Below, in pieces: positions 24,446-38,491 of a DNA stretch of 64,000 nucleotides. The position numbers and the translations under genes are program-made. This DNA is from Octopus sinensis (taxonomy: Eukaryota). Each line of letters starts with the position of its first letter. Position 1 is the first letter of the stretch. The notes under the pieces are model-generated. The model was not told where the DNA came from. It saw nothing but the letters and a program-made list of their open reading frames with translations, and made no database searches. The DNA is taken from assembly GCF_006345805.1 (NCBI RefSeq), contig NC_043005.1:7874001-7938000 (forward strand), read 5' to 3'.

Positions 24446-27354
24446 GGTCTTTACTCCAGGGGCTTGTTGCTACCGTCGCTCTTCTTTTGTCTTCCACTAT
24501 CGTGTTTTAGCTTTTCCTTAAGTGGCCTTAACTAGCTATGTCAACTGGATCTTCTGCTTTGTATAACCAATCTGATTCACTTCATCTCCATCCCATCATT
24601 AGGGCATATCTAAGATAATTCTGCAGACTTGGAACGATCCTCAGGAATATAGAAGTTCACGGAGATCCCACATATTGTTGCAGCTCATCTCTGCTCACAC
24701 CATTTGCTTGTACTGTGATGCAAAGGAGACGTTGAGCGAAGGGCCAACTCAACTATATCTCCGCTTGTAATCCACGCATTACTTTTAACCATGCACTTCA
24801 CTAAGAACCTCAGGACAGATGTGAAGCACATAAGTTCTGCTTATTTCTGCGCCTCACGCATGGCTTTAAACTTAGATATACGCTTCTATGCTCTGAGAAT
24901 ACATTTTGTCACATACTGGTCAAAGAGAATTGGCCTCTCTCCAATTTCTCTTTCTACGGCAAGTGCATACTTTTGATTTTAGCCACAACACAGAAGTAAG
25001 ACATTTTCTCTCCTCAGCTTCCTTTTCAGATGGCATATTCTTTCTGATTCCTATTTTCATATGATCCACAACGGGAGCAAATGCTGGGTTATTGTTAGTG
25101 CTGTCACTAATGTTTTTACTGCTTCTCTCATTTAAGTTCGACTTTTTAATATTATTTTTGTACATTTTAAAATTGGAAAATAAACGTTGTGCTTGTAAGT
25201 TTGTCAGTTTCTTTAATTATCGTTTGTCAGCTTATTTTTATATATATTTTTTGTTGGAAAAATGTTGATGCTGGTTCAACTTTATCGTCGTTGCTATCAC
25301 CACAAGGCACTTATTATTTCTTTCTACTCGGACTATTTTTGCAATGCGAACCAAATTAAAAGTAGTTGTCTTCCAGTTGATATAGTCACAGTGGGAAATT
25401 TCAAAGCATTTTCTAGGCAAAGGGAATAGGCTAAAAATTAAATAACCCATCAAAGTTTTACTTGCCATTAGTCCATAATGAAAAAGAAAAAAAAAATTAA
25501 TACCAATTTAATATAACAAAATCCATTTCCGGTTTTCTTGCACTTTTTTCTATTTTCAGAGAAATTACTATAATTTGAAGCAGATTAGAAGTAATGACTA
25601 GAATCGAAAAGATAATGGACATGTTAATGGCTAAGAAATTATGAAAGTATGTGTATAGCCGTAGAATGTTATGTTGTTGAAAATGGTTATGTCTGGAATT
25701 ACACAGTCTATGCCCCATGTGGTATAATGCTAGAAATTTTTTCGTTGTCTGGCTGCTTATGGTACACTGTAGAACATTAGTCATTTCCTATTTTAATGTT
25801 CAGGTCAATGTAGCTCTGAAGTAAGCTGTTATAGCCGTGACCATATCGTCTTTTGTTTTAACATATTGCCTGTACATTTATATTATCTAATATTTCTTTC
25901 CCATTTTTAATTTCTTTTGGATTTAATCTTAGAAATGTCTTCAATTTCTAGTAGGACGAGTGACCAGGTAAAGGCTCCCCCAATAGTTCTTAAAAACAAA
26001 ACATAGCTTAGTTTAACCCTATGGACCACACCAAATGTAACATGTTTAATTATACTAACTATACAAGCCAAAAAAATCATTCGTAACTATTTTTCTATAT
26101 GAGAAAAGATCTATGTCAACTGATAAGATTGACTATATATGCTGATCAAGTAAAGTACACCGAAGTATTTGCAAAATTGTTCCCTGACTTCAAACGAGAT
26201 TTCATCTCCCTTAGTATGTAAATTAACTTGTCAAAGGAGAATTTTAATTAATTAAGATTGTTTGCGCATGGTATTCAATACCTTAGCCTTTAACCTAATT
26301 ATCTAAACTCATGCTATTGGTCGATTTAAGTTATTCCCATTGGCTTATTTTATTATTAATTAGTCCGTAATGTCTAGAGATGTTTGTATTAAAATAATGT
26401 ACTTATTGCTTTTTTTCTCCCATATAACTGTGCTACCTATTTTTATTATTGGTAATCTTTCGTAGATTCTACAAGAGTGATGTCGATAGCCAAATCGGTA
26501 AAGAGAAGTATTATATAGGGTCTTTCTTTTTTACAGTTCATATCTCTTTAGGACTGACTTAACTTTTCATCCAACTTGTAAAGTACACTATAAGCGTCTT
26601 TCGCTATTTTCTAAAATGTATCGTTTTGTACCTCTACACAAGAAATCATTAATTCACCCAATCTATTCTTTTGGGAATGTATAGGAAGGAAAATATGTTA
26701 TTTCTTCTATGATAATAGGTGTTTCAGTTTTGATAATAAATCTTTATGTAGATTAAAGACTACATTATCCCATATTTCCTCTTAAGGCGGTTGGACAGCG
26801 GAGTGTCATTTTTGGAAATTCAGCTGCTATTCTTAGCAGGTCGAGTGACCGTAAACGGGCTCCATATTTGTGAACTGAATTCTGTTAAATATTACTTTGA
26901 TTTTACTGCACTCAACTGAGTAAGAAATTTGTGCATTTACAAAATAACTGAACGCATAACAGCTGTCAGTTAAGTTTATTTATTTGTACTGTATATGCAA
27001 ATCGGTATAATCCATTTGCTAATGCCTTTGGCATCAGTGAGTTACAAAAAATGACGCCGTGGACTATTAAAAAGGTTATTCGGCTGCTGGTAAAATCCTA
27101 ACAGACTTTTTTTTCTGATCTCGAAAATACGAGCGACTCCAAAGTAATAAAAGACAAAAGTTGATTAACTCAAACCGTAAAAAGCCAGAAGAAATGCAGC
27201 AGAACTTTTTGTCCGACGCTCTAACACGTAACCGCGTCTCATCACCTTTCCACCTGGAGATCCAGACCGAATCAAACTCTAAACAGTTGACTGATTCGTC
27301 TGCCCAACTACTTGGTAAAATTATTAATTATTACCTGATTAATTAATTTTACCC

Positions 27355-27387
27355 TTTATTATTATTATTATTATTATATTATTATTA

Positions 27388-27419
<32 letters not shown>

Positions 27420-27441
27420 CACTATTATTATATTATTATTA

Positions 27442-27482
<41 letters not shown>

Positions 27483-27485
27483 CAC

Positions 27486-27569
<84 letters not shown>
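27355..27569. repeat. (ATT)n followed by (TA)n
   Basis: Seen directly. Confidence 0.9.
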
Positions 27570-27570
<1 letters not shown>

Positions 27571-27965
27571 TAGCAGTATCGCCCGGCGTTGCTCGGGTTT
27601 GTAAGAGAAATAACTATATAAGCATTTTTAGAGAGTTATAGCCAAAAAATAGCAAAAAATGCATTAAAACTGGAAAACAAATGATGGTAATTTTTTAAAA
27701 AAATCGTTGACTCATCGTAGACAATTTTAGAGAGTTACTTCCCTTATATAATAGCGAAAAAATGCATTAAAATGGAAAAAATGATGGTAAATTTTTTTTT
27801 AAATCGTAGACTCGTCGTAGACGCGCGCTAATACCCAGAAGGGCTCGATATGAATCACGACTATAAGATACCCGGTTTTGGTTAAACTGCACCGCAAAAT
27901 GTGGGAGTAGTTAGGAATCTAAATCGTAGGAGACAGACACACAACTTCTCTTTTATATATAAAGA
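27570..27965 (-). mobile_element. Non-autonomous Helitron
   Basis: Reverse complement of the 4672-5063 type, with CTAG at 27570. Confidence 0.85.
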
Positions 27966-27977
27966 TATACACACATA

Positions 27978-29281
27978 CGAGGGGAAGTCAAAATTTTCCG
28001 CACTTTCGCTATAACATATCTTTATTTTTGTCACATTGCTTTCTGCGCATACGTGCTTATAGTTGGTACTATTGTGGTCATGTGATCGAAGTCTGAGTCT
28101 GATCGTGCCACTTGTCTTCTTGGCTTTACAGTGTAAGCATGGCCGCTCCACTAGCAATGTGAACGAAAGAAAAACAAAAAAGCAGTGATCCGATTTCTCT
28201 GGTTAGAAGGTGCGTCAGGTGGTGAAATTCATATCAAATTCGTATTGTGCTTTTAGCACAATACAGGAACATTGTACTACAGCATGGAAGTGTGTATGAG
28301 TGGATGGAGAAAAGTTTAAAAGTGGCTGGACAAGCGTGACGCACAAAGAGAGAGCAGGACAACCACCAACCTCCACCACTAACGGGAAGATTCAGCAAGC
28401 TCGAGACACGGCAATGTTGAACTGGTGAGTTATCATCGATGAGGTAGCTCGTTCTCTGCCTATAAATCATCCACGATGTTCTCGGCTTACATAACGTCTG
28501 TGCTAGATGGGTGCCAGAGAGCTTACTGCAGAGCACGAGCGCAAACGTCTTGAGGTCTGTCAACGTTTACTCGATCGCGATAGCAATGAGGGCGAGGAAT
28601 TTTTGAGCAGAATAGTCTCAGGAGATGAAACATGGGTCTATCGTTATGAGGCAGAATCCAAAAGACAGAGTATGGAGTGGTAACATCCTGGCTCGCCAGC
28701 GACTAAGAAATTCAAGACTCAGTCTTTCGCGGGAAACATGATACTAATCCTTTTTTTGGGATTCAAAAGGGCCTATACTGGGAGACTACCTGGAAAAGGG
28801 TGTACATTCAACAGTGTAAGATATAGTGCTTTGCTGGCCAACAAACTGAAACCAGAAATTCGCAACAAACACCGAAGTCTATTGTCGAAGAAAGTTTTGT
28901 TGTTGCATGACAATGCACGACCACACACGGCCTCCCAGACCGTTTGAACAATTAACCAATTGGATTTTGAGGTGCTGAAACACCCTATCTTCACACCAGA
29001 TCTCGCTCCTTCCGACTATCATATCTTTGGACTGCTCAAAGATGGTTTACTAGGTCGTCTATTTCATACAGATGAAGATGTGGAAGAAGCTGTGCATGAA
29101 TAGTTGCACGACCAACCGAAAACCTTCTTCTTGGAGGGAATACACAAACTTTTGGACCGCTGAACCAAGTGCATTGAAAATGAAGGATACACTATATAGA
29201 AAAATGACGTACTTGTTAATCTCCTACTTTTGTGTAAATACATTGAAAAAACAGGAGTGCCTATAATTTTTGACTCCCTCG
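27978..29281 (+). mobile_element. Full-length (~1.3 kb) but inactivated mariner transposon (DD34D type)
   Basis: TA TSDs lie at 27976-77 and 29282-83, and the TIRs are CGAGGGGAAGTCAAAA and its near-complement TTTTGACTCCCTCG. Fragmented translation shows WVPREL, IVSGDETWV, LLHDNARPHT, PDLAPSDYHIF and KCIENEGYYIEK, with stops and frameshifts. Confidence 0.95.
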
Positions 29282-29289
29282 TATATATA

Positions 29290-29358
<69 letters not shown>

Positions 29359-30255
29359 CGTGTGGTAAATACAGATAAGTATACTTCACAAGACGTTCTT
29401 GCTTGTGATGTACAAGTTTTCATTTGTAGCAAGTCTCTGCTATACAAAATACATTTTAATATTTTAAATATTAACTGCTATGGCAACCTATTTTAATGAC
29501 AGTTCTTTGACTGTTGGTTGGATGAAAACAAAACAAAAGAAAACAAAAGATTCCGCTATCTTCGTAATCGCCGTCAAGTCTGCTTCGTGATGTCGGTTAA
29601 AGTATTGTAATCCATAACAGTGGAAGCGAAGTCAATTGAAATAGCCAAGTGCAATGAATAAGTCGTGAAAATGAGAAATCGACACCATATTATGGTTGTT
29701 TCTACAGAGATAATTTCATGCTGAGATAAATTCATCTTGTCTTGGAGTGCAGCCAGTTCAGTTGTCAATTCCATCCAAATTTATTAACAGAAAAATGTTA
29801 TGAATTCAAGGAGTACAACGTTACCGGAAATACTACTTTTGACCGAATAAAAGCGTCTGGCTTGTAAATATTAGAATTTGATAGATGTTTGTACAATGAT
29901 GAGAGTTCAATAATGTTGCCATATTTTTCCTTACTGTATTATGAGAAATATAACAGTTCCACCGTCTGCAGTTCTATTTTATACAAAATTTTACTTTATG
30001 ACATATAACATTGATGAAATAAGTATTTCTGCGACTCCTCCAGTCACATAACATGAGTAATAAGTAGAGGACTGTAATGGTTTTAACAAGATTCTTCGTT
30101 CTGAATTACAACACAATCCGAAAACAGTAATTTTAGTACAGCCGTAATTCTATAAGTAGTGATCGAAAGAAAACACTTCAGTTATTCAGTTACTTGTATT
30201 GTTGTTGCTTTCATTATAAACTTAAATATACACATACTCTTATTTTCGTTCGTCT

Positions 30256-30725
30256 GTGAGCAGATTTGGTAGACGGAAACTGAAAGGCGGCGAGCTGGCA
30301 GAAACGTTAGCACACCGGGCGAAATGCGTAGCCGTATTTCGTCTGCCGTTACGTTCTGAGTTCAAATTCCGCCGAGGTCGACTTTGCCTTTCATCCTTTC
30401 GGGGTCGATAAATTAAGTACCAGTTACGCACTGGGGTCGATGTAATCGACTTAATCCGTTTGTCTGTCCTTGTTTGTCCTCTCTGCGTTTAGCCCCCCTT
30501 GTTGGTAGTAAAGAAATAGGTATTTCATCTGCCGTTATGTCCTGAGTTCAAATTCTGCCGAGGTCGACTTTAACTTTCATCCTTTCGGAGTCGATAAATT
30601 AAGTACCAGTTTCGCACTGGGGTCGATGTAATCGACTTAAACCCTTTGTCTGTCTGTCCTTGTTTGTCCCCTCTATGTTTAACCCCTTGTGGGCAATAAA
30701 GAAATAGGAAACTGAAAGAAGCCCG

Positions 30726-30799
<74 letters not shown>

Positions 30800-31060
30800 A
30801 TGTGTGCGCGTGCGTGTGTGTGCGTGTGTGTATCTTTGTGTCTGTGTTTGGCTCCCACCACTGCTTGACAAACGACCGGCATGGATGTGGTTACGCCTCC
30901 GTGAACTAGCGCTTCGGTAAAAGAAATCGATAAAATAAGTACCAAGCTCAAAAACAAGTACTGGGGTTGATTCATTCGACAAAAAAGTTCTTCAAGGTGG
31001 TGCTCCAGCATGGCCGCAATCTAATTACTGAAACAAATAAAAGAATAAAAAGATAAAAGA
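30256..31060 (+). mobile_element. 5'-truncated SINE family A interrupted by a SINE B dimer
   Basis: TGTGAGCAGATTTGGTAGACGGAAACTGAAA continues as GGAAACTGAAAGAAGCCCGTC after the insertion, followed by the microsatellite and a diverged 3' half. Confidence 0.8.
30286..30706 (+). mobile_element. SINE family B dimer with an 11-bp TSD
   Basis: GGAAACTGAAA occurs at 30275-30285 and 30707-30717. The internal junction is AAAGAAATA|GGTATTTC. Confidence 0.9.
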
Positions 31061-31208
31061 TTATATATGTAGACCTAACTGTTTGTCATGACAAGAAAGT
31101 TGACGAATGAAAATCATTTTATTAAACGCGAAACTGGATGCACATAAATTCCAGTTACTATAAGAAAAATATCCTCCGAGAAAGTCGAAGCTCAAGCATT
31201 TTGTAAGC

Positions 31209-31403
31209 AATAATAGAAATATTAAAATTACTAAGTCTCTCTAAAGGAGATTACGGCAGCGTTACTGGATATTAATAGTTATCGCCATACTAATATGGTA
31301 GTCTATAAATATAAAACTAAAGCTGTCGCTCATTATCTCCAAGAGGCCACCGCCTCTAGCTAGCTATATGACACACGAACCTGCGTCCATTACAACCTTC
31401 GAA
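31209..31403 (-). mobile_element. 195-bp fragment of the Penelope-like pLTR family seen at 41560-42004, with a 12-bp TSD
   Basis: Near-identical to 41861-41934 joined to 41573-41695. CATTTTGTAAGC lies at 31197-31208 and 31404-31415. Confidence 0.75.
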
Positions 31404-31834
31404 CATTTTGTAAGCCTTTGCAACAAAATTCTAGAATGTTTGAAAGTAATTTTAGGCACGGAAATTAAATTTTCCCCTTAGAATACTATGCCTACCACAG
31501 ACTGTTGCCATAGGTTGCCATAGGTACTTGTGGGTAGTAAAGAAATAGGTACTTGGGTGGAAAATACTATTAAGAATAGTATTGTTTAGCAGCAGTAATC
31601 ATCTACAGTTAGCATTGTTGAGGGGAGTGGGCTACTCGACCAGAAGAAAATTCTAATTTGGTCCCACCAGCAAGGTCATGTACTGTCTATCGTGATATGA
31701 GGTCACTATGTCGCGCAGACATTGTCGTGATGAATGTGCCTGGTGAATTCGTATCAGACGGGTAGTCATGACGGGTATACCTTAGCGTCACTTTGATTGT
31801 GTATGCTGCTCCTTCAATCAATCAATAATAAAAA

Positions 31835-32012
<178 letters not shown>

Positions 32013-32199
32013 AACTATTTATTTTATAAAATCTCTGTACTCTGTAATATAATGATTTTATGAGAGATCTCATATATGAATGTATTTCTTTATAATTGTT
32101 GTTCTAGGAATTAATAGTCCTTTCTTCACTAATGACTTTGGAAAGCCAGAGAACCCTGTTGTACAATCATGTATGAATAGTGCATAATATTGTGGTATA

Positions 32200-33099
32200 C
32201 GAGGGGGTATGTAAAAGTTCCCGGACTAGTTCTGTAGCGCGCCAACATATGGAAGCACACGGTTGTGTGTGTAGAGAGTGACTTTTAAGAAGCAGTGTGC
32301 CGAGGGAGATCGTTGTGTTTACTCCGTAAGTTGTGAATTTGTGTTTTTGTGATCATGTGTTTGTTACAGTTTGCGATTTTGTCATGGACAAGAAGTTGGA
32401 CCAAAGAGCCAACGTGAAATTTTGCGTTAAACCTGGGAAGCCTGCTACAGAGACATTGAGCACGCTTTGGAAAGCTTACGGCGACGAGGCAATGGGTCGG
32501 ACACAATGTTTCGATTGACGCGGACGGTTCAAAAGCGGAAGAATGACACTGGAAGACAATGAGCGATCTAGAAGACCTGCCATCAGCGTCACCTCCCCGA
32601 AATGTGGTATTGTGCATTGAGAATTCGTCCCTCAGGAACAGACCGTCAGTCAAGAGTTCTACTGCGACGTTTTGAAGCGGTTGAGGGAGGACATTCAGCG
32701 AAAGCGACCGGATCTGTGGAACGCGAAAAATTGGATTCTTCACGATGACAATGCATCTTGTCATCGAGTTCTCTTCACTTGTGACATTCTCGCCAAAAAG
32801 AACATTATATCACTTCGCCAGATTTAGCATTTGCAGACTTCCAGCTCTTCCCCAAGAGGAAAATGCAGCTCAAAGGTGGTGGCCGTTTTAACTCTGTTGT
32901 AGACAACCAGAGTGAACCGTAGAAGGTCTTCGACTCGCTTACAGAAAACGATTACGATACCGGATTCCAAAAGTGGCTGGAAATCTGGGACGGTGCATTG
33001 CTGCACAAGGTGACTATTTTGAGATGATGATAAAACTTAGGTAAATAAGTTATTTTTTATTTGATATAACTAGTTCGAGAACCTTTTGATACCATCGCC
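32200..33099 (+). mobile_element. Internally deleted mariner transposon
   Basis: Termini are TA|CGAGGGGGTATGTAAAAGTTCCCGGACTAGTT and a diverged complement at 33068-33099|TA. Translation gives MDKKLDQRANVKFCVKPGKPATETL...DEAMGRTQCFD (HTH region), then jumps to EFVPQEQTVSQEFYCDVLKRLREDIQRKRPDLW...ILHDDNASCH. The first catalytic Asp region is missing. Confidence 0.9.
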
Positions 33100-33620
33100 T
33101 ATGCAATATATGATACAATTATCTTGTTTACAGCTCAACACCTAAGCAGTTTTGGCTGCTAAAACTGCATTATGGGAGACATGCAAGTGTAGTTTATTTG
33201 CTCCCAACAGGTGATTAATTCTCAGAACTTTATAATTTAGGATCAGCGCTAAATGAAAGAATCTTAATTCTCGTGACTATCTCATTCTTGAAATAGATAT
33301 AAAGCCATTGTTTATCACTCAAAGTGTCATTTTGTAAAGTCGTTTAAATATGATTCGAGGAAGGAGAGTTGGCCGTTACTTTTAGCGGACCAAATAACTG
33401 CGTAGAGTTACTGTCACTGTGCAAATATCATCGGTGTATTATACAGCGCGAAACCTTGGAAAGTGTCTTCTACAAAAGTCACTAGGTAACTAAAGACTTA
33501 TAAGTGAAAATAGGTTAACGGAAACTGGTGTAGAATTAGGTCAGATGGGTGATAGACATAATCCGTCACCTGGTCCCTTTGTATGTGTATGTGTGTGTGT
33601 CCGTGTGTGTTCGTGTTTAG

Positions 33621-33706
33621 CAGAGATGACTCAGTTGCAAGCACTCGATTTGGGTTTTGAGGACAACATTACACCTTTCCTTTTCCAGGATTCCGAAAAG
33701 AGACAA
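33621..33706 (+). CDS. Internal coding exon of an unidentified gene ((A)EMTQLQALDLGFEDNITPFLFQDSEKRQ)
   Basis: It has acceptor GTGTTTAG|C after a UG-rich tract and donor CAA|GTATGT. Composition is ordinary, and the phase-0 end joins in frame to 43432. Confidence 0.55.
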
Positions 33707-36624
33707 GTATGTAGCCCTTCTTCTCCAAGTCATTAAAAAGACAAAGTAAAGAAATTCCTGTCTAATTTAGAACAAACTAACTCCCTAACGATACTCTTCA
33801 ATTGTGTAGCAGATGATATAATATTTTAGTGTGGAATCCAGATACACAATGGCTATTAGAATTTGGGGACCAATTCTCTCTTTGATATATTGCTAACCTT
33901 GGAAATAATTTTTATTGTTCTTATGTGATTCACAGTTCTATAACCGAGACTAGCCAAAGTTTTCAGATGTCGGCTGTTGGCGATTGAAACTATATCTATA
34001 AAAGAAAAATTCAACCGCATCTCTCTTTAATGGAGTTGTCTCATCTATATGTTCCGTCACAGAAATGTCAATGCTGGCTATTAGAGTGTAAGTGACGGCG
34101 ATGTCAGTTGTGGTTATTATAGTGATAGAAGACTAATGGATAAACATTTAATGACAAGGGCTAGAGATGCACTTTCAACGCAGGTTTTTCATTTGGGACT
34201 ATAGTTCTTTGATCTCTACACCATCCGTTTCACTGATGAGTTGTAAGTGCCGTGCAGATATTTAACTCAGTTAATGAAAAGTCGGATCATAAATGACTTT
34301 CATGTTTTCTACATCATTAATGCCAATTCTTGGGAAATATCAGGTTGACAGCAATTGACATCATAAAAGAGAAATGAACCAGTTCACAGTATTGTTTTTA
34401 AAACGCTTTAACTCTGTGATAACTAACCTCCAGAGACATATTGTACTTCATGGTTTGCTTTTTCTATTTTATAAATCAATAATGTTCAAATAGAATGTTA
34501 AAAATTATTCACCGAATCTTAGCTAACTTTCCTTTGTCTCTTTGCTTTTATCACCCAAATAATTTTCCAAAGCCAATCATTTAATTTTCCTAAATGTTCT
34601 GCATCCCTTTGCATAACAATTCACACTGAAGTTTTCATTTACTGTCTCTCTGTCTGTCTGCCGCTTTCTCTCTCTCTCTCTTTCTCCCTTTTTCTCTATC
34701 TCTCTCGTTCTTTGCTTTTTTTACTTCCCTGTCTGAAATTTTCTGGTTTGAACCATTTTCTTTTCTCTACATAGCTTTTGACTTTTCTCTTATTATTCTT
34801 TAAAGTGACGCTTCAAAAAGACATTAATACACCCGTTGAACGACTAAAAGCTATATTTTCCATGTTTAGAATCAGGAATATTTTCTTCCCGTGTCACAAT
34901 CTTGCTTATGCACTTTTTCTAAATGCTAGGAAAGTTTCGTATTTTATTTTATAACTGAATTATACATTTCATACCAAGGCCTTACTATTTAGGCTTAAAA
35001 TGTACTCTTTACATTTAGGCTTAAAATGTACTCTTTCCTAAGAGGAGGCTATGTTGAAAACGAAGCAGATAGTTACTCGAAATAACAGTACTGATATTTA
35101 TTCTGCATACACAAATCAGTTATGTCATCTCTATCATTAGTCAACGCTACTGAATGCAGAATATTTTGTCAGTCAGCAACTATAATATTTTGCTGTGAGA
35201 AGTGCATACTCAGAATACAAATTTAGGTATAAAATGCATTTTCAGATATAGAATTTTTACTAAGATATAGAAATACTTATTTTGTGCTGGTATATCTAAG
35301 TTCCTTTAAGCAATCGCATATGGCTAACAGTAGCACAACTGATAAACAGTTCTGTGATCAAGAGTAGACACCCGAAAATATCAATTGAAGAACAGTCAGA
35401 AATAACTACCAAAACAAATAAACAATAGATGAATAAATGAAAATAAGATAAAACAAAATATAAGCAGCAATAAATATGCAATATTACTGAGACAGTATTA
35501 AGTAGCTTAACGTAATCTTTGTCTTTGTTCAATCGCTTCATAAGTCTTTAATCTAATCACACGTTGTTTTCGACTGTAGTTTACTTCAACATTGGCGATT
35601 GGATTGTCTTCAATAAAGGTACTTATGTAAATGTTATCTCCATCGCTGCAATGTGGTGGAACATGACATAAGTACACTAAAACCGCTTTAATGTGGTTAT
35701 TTTCATACATCACAGTTCTTAGTTCAAATTTTGAGGTATTCGAACCTGACTTCACCCCGAACAGAATCTATGAAACATTACCAATTCTCTCTCTTTCTCT
35801 CTCCCTCTCCTCAAAATATCTTTACATATTCTCTCCTGTAGCAACACCATTTTCTTTCCATATATCCTATGTCCCACTTTTGTTCCTAGTCAAAAAATAT
35901 CAATTATATTTCTTTCTTTTTCATGAATAACTGAACTGCTCCGAAATTATGTGATAACCTGGGCCACTCAGTTAAAAGTATATATAATTTTCCCTTATCT
36001 GAATGAAATCCGCACCACATTATGATTCTTGAGTTCAAAACAATTAATAATCAACTGTATTTTAGATTTAATTTAATTTTTTTAATATATATAAATTAGA
36101 ATTAAATGCAAGATCTGTTTAGATGTTTTAAGTATTGTTTATATGTTTATGCAAGATGAACCTGTACGCTCTGCCATAATCAACCAAACACTTTCCGAGT
36201 TGACTCCTCGATTTATTTATCCCTATATCATGAATATACTTAAAATATATCTATCACTTGTGATTTTAAATGCACATTGATTGAAAAACAAAGACGTGAT
36301 GGACATGACTGGAAAGCATTTGATCAACTACAGCCGATCGATCTGGAGTTAAACAATAAGAACACTTTTATGCGCATATTCGCTGAGCCTGAAATGACTT
36401 CGGAATGCTACAAGTGTATAAGATCTTGTGCTTTATGTTTTATCACATCAGTCTTATGAAACGGTGATAAATACACATAAAAAGTTAATACAAACGATCA
36501 CTTTTTTTCTACAATGTAAGAATAGAAGAAACTGTTCATATTAAAAGATACTTTCTTCTCATACACAAAAGAACATCATGTCTTTTGTTAATATCGTTGA
36601 ATTTGGAAATGAATTGTGGGGTAA

Positions 36625-36625
36625 C

Positions 36626-36687
<62 letters not shown>

Positions 36688-36705
36688 TAATAATAATAAT
36701 AATAA
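36625..36705. repeat. (AAT)n microsatellite, 5' flank of the R4/Dong fragment
   Basis: Seen directly. Confidence 0.95.
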
Positions 36706-37400
36706 CGAACTAATTACATCAAATACAGAATAGACAACACATCGTAGTGATAAGTGCAGAATTTGTGGACAAAATGGTGAAACCGTATGGCATATTACCA
36801 GTCAATGTACGCCACTAGCACAGAAAGAATATGCGACGTCATGACAATATAGCACGGATTGTGAATTGGACACTTTGCTACAAGTATGGACTTGACAGAG
36901 CAAAAAAGTGGTACGAACATAAACCCGAAGGCATCATCGAAAAAGATAATGCAAAGATCCTATGAGATTTTATGATTCAGTGCGACCATGGGATAGAGAA
37001 TAGGAAACCAGACATAGTGTTAATTGAGAAAGAAAGCAAACGATGCTGGGTCATAGATATATCAAGCCAAGCTGACGACAAGTTATGCGATAAGGAAAAA
37101 AGGAAAGGCGATAGATATAACAGGTTAGCGTGGGAGGTTAAGCAGTTGTGGTCACTGAAAAAGGTGGTAGTAGCTAGCAATAATTGTGTGAGCCTTGGAA
37201 ACAGTGAGTAAAAATCTTGAGAAGTACATAGAACAAATGGGGTCTGCAATAAGGGTGAAGCGCTTGCAGAAAACAGCACTGCTTGCAACCGCTCGAATAC
37301 TCCGGATGGTGTTCGAAAAATAAGGGGTGTTACCTTATTTCACTTGTAGTGAACACCTGACATCGTAGTACATCTCCAATTTTAGAAGCTGTGCAAGGAC
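36706..37400 (+). mobile_element. 5'-truncated non-LTR retrotransposon of the restriction-like-endonuclease type (R4/Dong-like), pseudogenised
   Basis: Translation shows a CCHC knuckle (DKCRICGQNGETVWHITSQC), RHDNIARIV and the RLE motif NRKPDIVLIEKESKRCWVIDIS, ending QKTALLATARILR followed by a short 3' UTR. It is embedded in (AAT)n. Confidence 0.9.
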
Positions 37401-37450
<50 letters not shown>

Positions 37451-37475
37451 TGATAATGATAATAATAATAATAAT

Positions 37476-37519
<44 letters not shown>

Positions 37520-37581
37520 TAACAATAATAATAATAATAATGATAATAATAATAATAATGATAATAATAATAATGATGATA

Positions 37582-37634
<53 letters not shown>

Positions 37635-37677
37635 GATGATGATGATGATGATGATGATGATGGTGATGATAATGATG

Positions 37678-37720
<43 letters not shown>
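37401..37720. repeat. (AAT)n/(GAT)n/(GGT)n compound microsatellite
   Basis: Seen directly. Confidence 0.95.
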
Positions 37721-37723
<3 letters not shown>

Positions 37724-38491
37724 ACGCATAGCATAATATTTAATATTTCTCAAAGACTAGTTGTTGATAGAAAAAGAACGTAATTCGCTAAATCAAATAC
37801 TAATATGGGACATATGGGACGGAAAAGCTGATGGATATTTACTGGAATACAAACTATCGAGTTTATGCAGAGAACGATAAGAAAATATTTTTAAGAGGTA
37901 TGATTTATACATAAACTTACACGAGATAAAATTTTTATGCTAGTGCTATAATTTTACAGAGCTATAAAATAAGACATTGCGTTAATATCATTGCTGCTTA
38001 TAGGCAAGATCGGCAGAGCGTTAGACAAAAAAAATCATGCGATATTTAGTTGTTTTCTTTCAGATTTCTAATCTTAAATATGTCGAGGCTGACTTTGGCT
38101 GTCATCTTTGTGGCTTTGATAAAATGAACTAGTAAAGTTGAGGCCATGCTCCTAGGTTAGAAATCCTTATTTTTATTATGGAAAATGACAAAAAGCGTTC
38201 ACGGAGAAAAGGTACAGCACTTATAGTGTCCTATTCGATTTGCACTGAGTGAACAAACTAATCCAGGTTAGTTTGTTGAAGTAGGGACTAAATTATGTGC
38301 CATGTCTTCCATATTGAACTTGAAGGAAATTTGGTTATTATTTCTCGCAAGTAAATTGATTGAACAGAGGGACTTGTTCAATGGTAGAGTGCTTCCTTCT
38401 GCGAAGATGGTTGATAGGAAAAACAGCCAGCCGAAGAATAATATAAAACGTTTCGCTTTAATTATGCTGCTTTTTATATCAATATAATATA

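Noticed and set aside
24036-24521. 161-aa Pro-rich ORF and G-rich minus strand as a functional protein or G4 element
   Set aside because: It is a degenerate (CCT)n tract open in several frames, with nothing beyond composition to support function.
24540-24980. Possible reverse-transcriptase remnant on the minus strand (GSP..., YLRYALMM)
   Set aside because: The resemblance to GSP/YxDD motifs is too weak and is interrupted by stops.
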